Below are positions 1-10,055 of a stretch of DNA of 64,000 bases, one piece after another. Below the pieces are notes generated by a model, which saw only the letters and a list, made by a program, of their open reading frames with translations, had not been told where the DNA came from and made no database searches. The position numbers and the translations under genes were made by a program. The DNA lies in NCBI RefSeq assembly GCF_030028105.1, contig NC_092377.1, positions 51,586,952 through 51,650,951 on the forward strand, read 5' to 3'. This DNA comes from Mobula birostris (lineage: Eukaryota). How positions within the stretch are numbered: the stretch's first letter is position 1; the number at the start of each line of letters is the position of its first letter.

Positions 1-871
1 CATTTTAAGAACTGAAGACCGACTTCCATTTATGACCAGACGTTAAACAAACCAATATTAAGTTAGAACTTTACTTACAACTGTTTGTGGTCTCTCAAAT
101 GGCAGCTGTTCTTATTTAGAAAGCAAGCTTAGCAAACGTGAGACCACCTGTCTAGGACAGTGAATATCTCTATTAAAGCCTTTATCTTTGAGATGGTACT
201 TTGTGGGCTTGCTATCCATAAAGATCTGAACCCAGAAGAAGATCTTAAGCACTATCCGATATAGATAGATACAGGTACCCTCACTAAAAGGAGGTTATAC
301 TAGATCACTTCCCTGTTTATCCTCCACAGTGAGTTTAGCCCAGAATGTCCTTTTGATAAGGAAACTTACAGAACTTCTCTGTTTGAGTTGCCTCACTTCA
401 GGATTCAGGTTATACTTCTGATCTGGAGCTCATCACTGAAGCTTTCCGCCTTGTCTCAGAATTTTAAACTCGCCTCAGCACATGGAAGTTGCTGACAGTT
501 GGTTCTGAATTTAAACAAAAGAAAATTCTTTAGGAGAACAATTTTTTTCAAATCTATTCTTTGTATGTGGGAATCATTCTGTGAGTTGTTTTAGGACTAT
601 TGCATTGCTTGTCATGGGAAGACATCAAATCGAATGATGTACAATGTTGCACAATATTGCAGAGTCAGTACTGCCATAATAAAGGATACATCACACACAA
701 AGCAATAACACAAATTTGATGCACATTGCTGGGTTGAGTCTTTCTTCAGGATTACAAAGAAAAAAATATTCAGGCTGCAAAAGGGGACACCAATGGTACT
801 GAATGAGGTGTGGAGGAAACAACATACACTGCTAGTGCTACAGTAAGCTACGTCGTTTTAGAGATGGAAAT

Positions 872-2684
872 TCTAGAAAGGGCATTTAGAGATGGAAATA
901 GGGAGGAGCTGAGGGCAATACAGAGGGACCTGAAAGCCAGGATCAGGGAGGCTAAAGACAGGTACAGGAGGAAGCTTGAGTGGAAACTCCAGCAGAACAA
1001 CATGAGAGAGGTCTGGAGGGGGATGAGGACCATCACTGGTTTTCAGCAAGCTAGCAACAGAGAAGCTGAAGGCAGTGTGGACAGGGCCAACGAACTTAAC
1101 CTGTTCCTTAACAGAATAAACATTGTGACCCCTGCCCATCCTCCACATGAGCCATCTGTTGTCGGCCCCCAACCAACACATATTCCACTCTCCCCTCCTA
1201 CCCCTCCTCACAGTCCCCCACCTTGCTCTCCTGACTATACCCCTCCCCCACATGAAACCACCACGGTGGGCTTCACAGCTGAACAGGTGAGAAGACAGCT
1301 GAAACGTCTCAACCCAAGCAAGGCTGCAGGATTGGATGGTGTCAGTACCAGGGTGCTCAAAGCCTGTGCCCCTCAGCTACGTGGAGTACTTTGCCATGTA
1401 TTCAACATGAGCCTGAGGCTCTGGAGGGTTCCTGTACTGTGGAAGACGTCCTGCCTCGTCCCTGTGCCGAAGACGCCACGTCCCTGCGGCCTCAATGACT
1501 ACAGACCGGTGGCATTGACCTCCCACATCATGATGACCCTGGAGAGACTTGTTCTGGAGCTGCTCTGGCCTATGGTCAGGCCACACTTAGATCCCCTCCA
1601 GTTTGCCTACCAGCCCCGACTAGGAGTTGAGGATGCCATCGTCTATCTGCTGAACTGTGTCTACGCCCACCTGGACAAGCCAGTGAGCACTGTGAGGGTC
1701 ATGTTTTTTGACTTCTCCAGTGCGTTCAACACCATCTGCCCTGCTCTGCTGGGGGAGAAACTGACAGCGATACAGGTGGATGCTTCCCTGGTGTCATGGG
1801 TTCTTGATTACCTGACTGGCAGACCACAGTACGTGTGCTTGCAACACTGTGTGTCCGACAGAGTGATCAGCAGCACTGGGGCTCCACAGGGGACTGTCTT
1901 GTCTCCCTTTCTCTTCACCATTTACACCTCAGACTTCAACTACTGCACAGAGTCTTGTCATCTTCAGAAATTTTCGGATGACTCTGCCATAGTTGGATGC
2001 ATCAGCAAGGGAGATGAGGTTGAGTACAGGTCTATGGTAGGAAACTTTGTCACATGGTGTGAGCAGAATTATCTGCAGCTTAGTGTGAAAAAGACTTAGG
2101 AGCTGGTGGTAGACCTGAGGAGAGCTAAGGTACCGGTGACCCCTGTTTCCATCCAGGGGGTCAGTGTGGACATGGTGGAGGATTATAAATACCTGGGGAT
2201 ACGAATTGACAATAAACTGGACTGGTCTAAGAACACTGAGGCTGTCTACAAGAAGGGTCAGAGCCATCTCTATTTCCTGAGGAGACTGAGGTCCCTTAAC
2301 ATCTGCCGGACGATGCTGATGATGTTTTACGAGTCTGTGGTGGCCAGTGCTATCATGTTTGCTGTTGTGTACTGCGGCAGCAGGCTGAGGGTGGCAGACA
2401 CCAACAGAATCAACAAACTCATTTGTAAGGCCAGTGATGTTGTGGGGATGGAACTGGACTCTCTGACGGTGGTGTCTGAAAAGAGGATGCTGTCTAAGTT
2501 GCATACCATCTTGGTCAATGTCTCCCATCCACTACATAATGTACTGGATGGGCACAGGAGTACATTCAGCCAGAGACTCATTCCTCCGAGATGCAGCACA
2601 GAGCATCATAGGAAGTCATTCCTGCCTGTGGCCATCAAACTTTACAACTCCTGCCTTGGAGGGTCAGACGCTCTGAGCCGATAG
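872..2684 (+). pseudogene. Reverse transcriptase ORF remnant of the Rex1/Babar LINE; no endonuclease; one nonsense codon at 2097-2099
   Basis: Translation from the ORF track; KKT*ELVVD corresponds to the usual KTKELVVD motif. Confidence 0.85.
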
Positions 2685-2840
2685 GCTGGTCCTGGACTTA
2701 TTTCATAATTTACTGGCATAATTTTACATATTACTATTTAACTATTTACGGTTCTATTACTATTTATTATGTATGGTGCAACTGTAACGAAAACCAATTT
2801 CCCCCAGGATCAATAAAGTATGATTATGACTATGACTATG
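872..2840 (+). mobile_element. Rex1/Babar-type non-LTR retrotransposon, 5'-truncated (RT and C-terminal domain, 3' UTR)
   Basis: ORFs 810-2099 and 2106-2684 are in one frame split by a single TAG. RT motifs: DYRPVALTS, LDPLQFAY, FFDFSSAFNTI, STGAPQGTVLSP, KFSDD, YKYLG. The 3' end has AATAAA followed by a (TATGAC)-like tail at ~2812-2840. Confidence 0.9.
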
Positions 2841-3016
2841 TTTTGCATTATGGGGATAAACATTCTCAGTATGCCAGTTTGGACTTTTGGCTGAATGCAT
2901 AAGCCCAGTTAAACTATTCATTCACATTTGCATTTCAGGAATTATATCCCCATGGTCAGATTCAGTTTCACAGTTTGACTTTCTTCACCTATGCTATTTT
3001 AATGCAACTACATTCA

Positions 3017-3269
3017 AGTAGGTATAGAGGAAGTGTCAGGGGTAAATCTTTTAGGCAGAGAGTAGTGAGTGCGTGGAATGGGCTGCCGGCGATGGTGGTG
3101 GAGCTGGATACGATAGGGTCTTTTAACAGACTTCTGGATAAGTACATGGAGCTTAGAAAAATAGAGGGCTATGGGTAACCCTACGTAATTTCTAAAGTAA
3201 GGACATGTTCGGCACAGCTTTGTGGGCCGAAGGGCCTGTATTGTGTTGTAGGCTTTCTATGTTTCTATG
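3017..3269 (+). mobile_element. CR1 LINE 3' fragment, same family as 33786-38081
   Basis: Closely matches 37835-38085 (QRVVSAWN.LP, 3' UTR hairpin, TTTCTATG tail). Confidence 0.9.
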
Positions 3270-3769
3270 CATTGGAGCATTTAACCAGTGACAGTGAATA
3301 TGAAGATAGAGAGAATAGCATATGGACTCTGATCATTGATCTTTTGATTAAGTTGCCAGTTAAGTGCTCAGTAATGAGTTTGGTATTTGCCCATTTGTAT
3401 CCAAGCTCTGCTTCTGACTCAACTGCTGCAAAGGCATTATTCGGAATGGAGCCTGTAACCTAGTGTCCAGGGAGACTTCCTTCACATCTTTCCTCACTGT
3501 CAGGTGAGTTTGGCATTGATAATAAGAACAACTGAAAGCATCTCGGGAGCTGTCTCAGAAGCAGCCATTGATCTGAAAAATATAGCATTGTTCCTCATTA
3601 ACTAACTGCACATTCATCGAGTAGGAACACCTTCTGCTTGGACATTGTATTATGAATAGGAGGTTAAAAGGCCATCAAGGTGTTATCAATTAATCCTAAG
3701 CAAACACCGCATTCTGGTGAATAATGTGGCCTCTCATGTTGCTGGTACTGGACACTAGGAAATAAAATG

Positions 3770-4032
3770 AATTGATGCTTTGCTGCACGCTTGAGTGCTT
3801 TGTCGAAGACACCAATGCTTTTTTTGCTGGTGAGGGAGGGGGGATAGTTGCCTTGCTACTGCTTATGCGTGGGAGGGGGAGCTGGAAGTGGGGCTTTAGG
3901 GATCCAACATTTAACTGTCATTCATTCTTTGGGGCACTCCTGTTTTCATGAATGTTTGTGAAGAAAACTAATTTCAGGATGTATACTGTGTACATTTCTC
4001 TGACATTAAATATACCTTTTGAAACCTATTGA
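3770..4032 (+). mobile_element. 3' UTR-like remnant of a non-LTR retroposon
   Basis: GT-rich body ending in ATTAAA and a TTGAA-type tail, like other retroposon tails in the window. Confidence 0.4.
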
Positions 4033-4736
4033 ATAAAGTATCTTTGTCTTTTATTTGGTCTAAATAAAATCAATCCTCCCCCTTTCTAATCTAAGGCCTC
4101 AATATTATCTTTTTATTTTGCTCCCTAAATGCCAAAGAAACAAAGTCAGCAGTCTGTACATTGACCATTTCAGTGGTGTTTGCTACTTTTATGAAAATAC
4201 TGCTTGATTATAATTTTCACTATGCATATCTCTTGTGATATGAATCTTGCTCGGTATTGCTGTAAATGGTGCAGATGTAGATGAGTTTGTGAAGCCTGAG
4301 GCATTGACAGCTGGTGCAAAATATCATGATTCGTCTGACCTTGACAAGATGATCAATTACAACAGAGCCCAGACAGTCTTCCTGAGAAAAGTCAAATGCT
4401 TTTGTGGAGAGTTAATTGATGGGATGTTACTGTACATTACTCGAATGGAAAAGTGTAACCTATTTTCTCTATGATCACTGAAAATAGTCATTTATTTACT
4501 GGCAATTAGTGCGAAATGGAACTGGGAGAATAGGAAAGTTTCTTAAATCCCTAAGAAGATTATTCACAAGGTTGTTAGGTCCTCCAAGCTATCAACTTTG
4601 CATTATTCTTGACAATGATGTCACTGGATGATTACAACTACCACTAGTTACTCATTGAATGCTTTCACAATTGCTGCATGTCTGAATTATTCATAGAACA
4701 AAGCAAGGTTTTCACACAAAAAGGAAAGAAAATGGA

Positions 4737-5420
4737 CTTGCATTCATATAGTGCCTTTATGTCATCCATTCATGCTTTACTGTTCTTGAGGCTTTTGAAG
4801 TATCATCAGAGTTATGTGCATTTGTCATAGTAAGTATGGGCACCAGAGTAGCATAGCAGTAGGTGCTGTGCTGTTACTGCTTGTGACGGTGGATTTCACA
4901 GTTCAATCCTAACGACCTCTGTAAGGAGTTTAAATGCCTTTCCTGTGGAACGTGTAGGTTTCCTCTGTGTGCCTCCGTTTCTTCCCACTTTCCAAAGATG
5001 TACTGGTTAGTTGGTTAATTGGTCATTATAAATTGTCCAGTGTTTAGCCTAGGGTCGCTGACCACATGACTCGAAAGGCTGGAAGGGTCTATTTTGTACT
5101 GTATGTTGAAATAAAAATTAAAAAAAAACAATTTTTGTGCATTAAATTCCCAGAATCAGCAATATGACGTTGGCTTAATAATTTGGTTTTGGTGCTATTT
5201 AATGGAAGGATAATGAATGGCTGAGACGCTGGGGAGAACTCCTCTGTTTTTCTGCATAATATGCCGTGGGATTTTATTTTACATTTATCTAAGGAAGCAG
5301 GCATTGTTTCAATTTAACATCATAATTTGAAGGCATTACTTCCAACATTGCAACACTTCCTCATTACTGCACTCCCTCATATCATTGCTCTGTATCTTCT
5401 AGAGTGGGAACTGAGAAAAA
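4737..5420 (-). mobile_element. Deu-SINE (SacSINE1/AmnSINE-like) remnant, split by a V-SINE
   Basis: Reverse of the L2-type tail CTTGCATTcATATAGtGCCTTT at ~4737-4760. Deu/5' part at 5230-5400 (GGGGAGAACTCC..ATGCCGTGGGAT..CACTtCCTCAtTACTGCACT), recognised from recalled consensus. Confidence 0.6.
4838..5125 (+). mobile_element. V-SINE (HE1-like, tRNA head, CR1-type tail)
   Basis: B-box-like GTTCAATCC; V-domain GGTTTCCTCtGtGTGCcTCCGtTTTC..CCCAC..TCCAAAGATGTAC; ends GAAGGGTCT..TGTA..AAATAAAA. Confidence 0.8.
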
Positions 5421-6139
5421 CCATGCTTCCAACATCACCACAGGAGACCCTTACTCTATCTGCAAGCTCTTCAAACTCCCTCAGATATTGGCACACAGCT
5501 GGGCAGTACTCCACCACTACCCAAACCATCCGCTGCACATCGTGCAAGAGACCATGCAGAGTTTCCTCCTCTTGTGCTTTTTGGGTTGCTTTTCACGCCA
5601 GGATTCTTGTCAACAATCTCAATTTTCTACATCATGCTGTACTCCTTCAATTGACTATATACAATTTCCATATGTGTATTCTTTAGTTTCTTCATATTTT
5701 ATGTCTTGCAGTCTCTCAGCTATATTTGATTAAGTGACTCTTTACACTATGATTCATACTATTGACCTCCAGAGGAAAACTGTTCCCTTCTGCATTCTTC
5801 AGTGCCATGGTGTCTGGTAGCACTATTCCAAGACTCAAAGATTCTATCAAAAATTACAAGATCGGAAACATCTGACATAAGTGCTAGAAATAACTCTGAG
5901 ACAAACACCATGGTGCTATGTAATACTCTTGGAATTAATGGTTAATGATTATGAATCACTTATCTCTTCCTAGCCCTACAGACTTAATGATAATGAATTC
6001 TTACTAGCTCACATAGAAAATTCCCATTTTCCTGCCTATATCCCCCCCCCCCCGGCATTATTTCACATCCATCAATCTCCTTAATAACAGTTACCTCAAG
6101 CTCTCCTTGACTTTATTCTGGTCTTTAATGTTGTTTGCT

Positions 6140-6508
6140 ATACCAAAATTGCTGCCACAAGAAAGCAGCATCTATTAACAAAGATCCCTACCATCTGGGC
6201 CATGCCATCTTCTTGCTACTATGCTACTATCATTGCGCAGGAGGTAGAGAAGCCCAGGGTCAGGAACAGTTATTACCTTCCAACCATCAGGCTCCTGAAC
6301 TAGTGTGGATAACGTCAGTCACCACCACTCTGAACTGCTTATATGGCCTACTGTCAAGAACTCTTTACAGCTCATGTTCTGAATATTAATTTTATATGCA
6401 CAGTTTGCTTCTTTTGCACAATGGTTGATATATGGCAATATATGGTCATATATGGTGGCATATATGTACTTTGATAATACGTTTACTTTGAAACCTGAAC
6501 TTTGAACT
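6140..6508 (+). mobile_element. Rex1/Babar-type LINE 3' fragment
   Basis: KAASI.KDP.H.GH..F motif; GATAATA..TTTACTTTGAA..TTGAAC tail. Confidence 0.7.
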
Positions 6509-6724
6509 GTAGTCCAGTATTGACTGCTGTATTTCTGGCTATCTGAGCCCCATGCTTTGTAACTTCCTCATTAAAACCTGTTGCCTTTCTACTGATCTCC
6601 TCCAGTAAAACCTTCTGACTCTTAGTTATTTTGAAGAGGTGCCTTGAAATGCATTTTTAGTTCTGAAATAATATGTAAAATTGATTGTGTTTGCCCACCA
6701 ACAGATAATTTGAAAAGTGACTTT

Positions 6725-7132
6725 CAGAGTCAGAGAGTCATACAGCACAGAAGATGGCCCCTTACTTGAAACTGTGCCTATTGCTGCCATTAAGTACCTG
6801 TTTATACAAATCACACTTTCTAGCACTCAGCCTGCAGTCTTCTATGCCACAACATTTCAAAAGTTTATTTGAATACTTACATGTTGTGGGAGTACCTGCT
6901 TGTACCACTGAATCAGGCAGTGAGTTCCAGATTCCAAATACTTGCTAGATAAAAAAGTTCTTCCACAGATCACCTCTATATCTTCTACTTCTTAACTTAC
7001 CTTGTGCCTTCTGACCATAGACAATTCTGCTGAGGAGAAATATTTCTCATTATCTGCCCTATCTATGCCTCTCATAATTCTGAATATCTCATTCAGGGCC
7101 CACCTCAAAATTCTCTGCATCAAGGAAAACAA
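6725..7132 (-). mobile_element. CR1 3' fragment, degraded
   Basis: Reverse of CR1 ORF2 end and 3' UTR (GGCAGTGAGTTCCAGAT, CTATCTATGCCTCTCATAAT). Confidence 0.7.
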
Positions 7133-7194
7133 TACATACAGTACATATATTTCTATATACTGTATATATAAAATTTATTTATATACTGTGTGTA

Positions 7195-7460
7195 TACTCG
7201 AAAACTTCTATAGATGTACCACGGAGAGCATTCTGACAGGCTGCATCACTGTCTGGTATGGGGTGATGTTGGGGTGGGAGAGGGGGATAGATATTACACA
7301 GGACTGAAATTAGCAAAACTAGTCAGCTCCATCTTGGGTGCTCGTCTCTGCAATACCCAAGACATCTTCAAGGAGTGATGCCTCAGAGAAGCAATGCCCA
7401 TCAACCAGAGCATGCCCTCTTCTCATTATTACCATCAGGAAGGAGGTACAGAGGCCTGAA
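7195..7460 (+). mobile_element. Rex1/Babar-type LINE fragment flanked by TA/CA microsatellites
   Basis: ENFYRCTTESILTGCITVWYG, a typical Rex1 C-terminal domain segment. Confidence 0.75.
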
Positions 7461-8344
7461 CATGTGTGTATATATATATGCATAAATATACATACACATA
7501 CAGTATATACACACACAGCATATGCAAACACTGAAACTTCACAGAACTCCTGCCTGCTCCCTTCCACTGCCTGGTGGTCATATATTCCCTCTGTGTCTAG
7601 GCTTTTACCTATGCTGCATCCTGAAGGAGCCTTAATTCTTACTTGATAAGAAAGAATTTCATTTCTATTTTGCTCTAATGTCACTGCTTAAATCCCATGT
7701 CATTTTTCTAACAACCCATTTCATGTTTGTTTAATAGATTCCTGAAATTGTTTGTGTGTCTCTCCTTTTAGGTTTTAAAGTTTAGTTTTCTTTTTGATCA
7801 TGTTTGATATTGTTTGTTCAATCATCTATGTTTCATTTTGCATTTAGTACAGTTACAACAGTTTTAGAAATATATTTTAGTATTCAGCGTATTTTAGTAA
7901 TGAATCCTTAAAAGATTTTATTTACTTTGAGCTGAAATTTTCCAGAGTGTTGAGTCAATCGGTTTCAGCTGTTTTTTTTATGCTAAACAAGAATATGGTC
8001 ATAGAACTGAAATCATTATCTGATGGATGAATGAAATGACATTCAATAAATGACTAGATGAGAGACAAAGGAAAGATTTTTAAATTGTGTGGAAAGGAGA
8101 CAGGTTTTCTTGTGGCTGTGATCTAATTTATGTGAAGAGGTGACTAATTAAACATGCTTTCTGACACAGCGGAAAATTTTGTCCATAGGAAGAAGACTGC
8201 AAATTCACAAAATCTGTAGCAATAAATCTATCAATGTTTTACGAGAAGATTGATTAAAATTTGTAATCTACATATAATCTAATCAACACACATCAAAGTT
8301 GCTGGTGAACGCAGCAGGCCAGGCAGCATCTCTAGGAAGAGGTA

Positions 8345-8382
8345 TAGTCGACGTTTCAGGTCGAGACCCTTCGTCAGGACTA
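8345..8382 (-). ncRNA. Minimal type-I hammerhead ribozyme (PLE-associated)
   Basis: Minus strand reads UAGUC-CUGACGA-A-GGGU(CUCG)ACCU-GAAAC-GUC-GACUA: stem I, catalytic core, stem II, palindromic ACGU stem III and GUC cleavage triplet. Confidence 0.8.
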
Positions 8383-8939
8383 ACTGAAGGAAGAGTGAGT
8401 AAGGGATTTGAAAGTTGGAGGGGGAGGGGGAGATCCAAAATGATAGGAGAAGACAGGAGGGGGAGGGATGGAGCCAAGAGCTGGACAGGTGATAGGCAAA
8501 AGGGGATACGAGAGGATCATGTGACAAGAGGTCCGAGAAGAAAGACGGGGGGGGGGGGGACCCAGAGGATGGGCAACAGGTATATTCAGAGGGACAGAGG
8601 GAGAAAAAGGAGAGTGAGAGAAAGAATGTGTGCATAAAAATAAGTAACAGATGGGGTACAAGGGGGAGGTTGGGCCTAGCGGAAGTTAGAGAAGTCGATG
8701 TTCATGCCATCAGGTTGGAGGCTACCCAGACGGAATATAAGGTGTTGTTCCTCCAACCTGAGTGTGGCTTCATCTTTACAGTAGAGGAGGCCGTGGATAG
8801 ACATGTCAGAATGGGAATGGGATGTGGAATTAAAATGTGTGGCCACTGGGAGATCCTGCTTTGTCTGGCGGACAGAGTGTAGATGTTCAGCAAAGCGGTC
8901 TCCCAGTCTGCGTCGGGTCTCGCCAATATATAGAAGGCC

Positions 8940-9090
8940 ACATCGGGAGCACCGGACGCAGTATATCACCCCAGTCGACTCACAGGGGACATATCGGGAG
9001 CACCGGACGCAGTATATCACCCCAGTCGACTCACAGGTGACACATCGGGAGCACCGGACGCAGTATATCACTCCAGTCGACTCACAGGTA
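8940..9090. repeat. Three tandem copies of a 51-bp unit, in frame (17 aa)
   Basis: ATCGGGAGCACCGGACGCAGTATATCAC.CCAGTCGACTCACAGG at 8942, 8993 and 9044. Confidence 0.97.
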
Positions 9091-9109
9091 AATCTAATAT
9101 AATCTAATG

Positions 9110-9400
9110 TCTTGGCTGAATTTGGAACAAGAATAGGCCATTCATCTTTTAAGCTCACACTGCCATTTAATAAGATCATGGTTGATCTTACTGTAACCTT
9201 ATCTCCACATTTCTACGTTACACATAGTAACCCTTCATCCTATAACTTTAAAAAAAAATCAAAATCTTGCTTGCACTGTCTTTGAGGAAGAGCGTTCATA
9301 AGATTCATGACCTACTAAGAGAAATAAGTTAATCTCATTGCTGTCTACATGGGTGATATCTAGATTCTCAGGCTTTCTTTATCCATCCTGTCCAGATCCA
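9110..9400 (-). mobile_element. CR1 3' fragment, degraded
   Basis: GAATAGGCCATTCA..CTGCCATTTAATAAGATCATGGTTGAT is the reverse of a CR1 3' UTR. Confidence 0.6.
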
Positions 9401-9439
9401 TTGTTCTTTACTATTCTATGTTCTATAAGCGGAATATTA

Positions 9440-10055
9440 CATTGAAGTGACAGTGAAATTCCTACAGGAGGAATGGAGATAGGCTAACCCCTATTGACAT
9501 CAATGGATCTGAGGTTGAGAGGGTGAATGGCCTTAAGGCTCCCATGTGGTCTGTACATATCAGCTGTGTGGTGAAAAAAACACAACAGTGCCTCCTTTAC
9601 TTCATAACGGCCCAGTGTGGGAACTGTACTTCACTCAATCACAGGAATCTGCAGAGCCCAGCGCATCTGTAGATGTGAACTTCCCACTATTCAGGATATT
9701 TACAAAGACAAGTGTGTAAAAAGGGCCTGAAGGATCATTGGGGACCCGAGTGACCCCCCAACCACAATTTATTCCAGCTGCTACCATCTTGGAAATGGTA
9801 CCACAGCATAAAACCCAGGACCAACAGGCTCCAGGATCGCTTCTTCCACCAGGCCATCAGACTGATTAATTCATGCTGATACAACTATATGTTATATCAT
9901 GTGGTCTGTACATACCGGCTTCTATGTTATGTTGACTATCCTGTTGTACATACTATTTATTATAAATTACTATAAATTGCACATTGCACATTTAGGCAGA
10001 GACCTAACGTAAAGATTTTTACTGCTCGTGTATATGAAGGATGTAAGTAAAAAAA
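9440..10055 (+). mobile_element. Rex1/Babar-type LINE 3' fragment with internal deletions
   Basis: PIDINGSEVERV; DPS..NHNLFQLLPS.K.YHSIK.RTNRL.D.FFHQAIRL motifs. Confidence 0.75.

Larger units (their letters stand above)
8284..9090 (-). mobile_element. Penelope-like element (PLE) 3' fragment: GIY-YIG C-terminus, pyrimidine-rich UTR, hammerhead; TSD present
   Basis: ORF 8676-9179(-): FTCESTGVIYCVRCSRCGLLYIGETRRRLGDRFAEH...QPDGMNIDF. TSD AATCTA(C)ATATAATCTAAT at 8265-8283 and 9091-9108. Confidence 0.92.

Noticed and set aside
810-871. N-terminus of the 429-aa ORF as a domesticated RT gene
   Set aside because: GTG start in flanking DNA reading into a truncated LINE that carries a premature stop.
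3400-3510. Exon ending at the strong donor CAG|GTGAGT (~3502)
   Set aside because: Weak acceptor and no recognisable peptide; expected by chance.
4247-4474. 75-aa ORF as a host exon
   Set aside because: Non-ATG start, no recognisable homology, no convincing splice pair.
4838-4915. tRNA gene
   Set aside because: Degenerate SINE head; no cloverleaf.
8279-8661. Recurrent ORFs such as MLVNAAGQAASLG.. and ..PDEGSRPETST.. (also 46016-46433, 49838-50641)
   Set aside because: Translations of PLE UTR and hammerhead sequence; recurrence reflects repeat copies, not a gene family.
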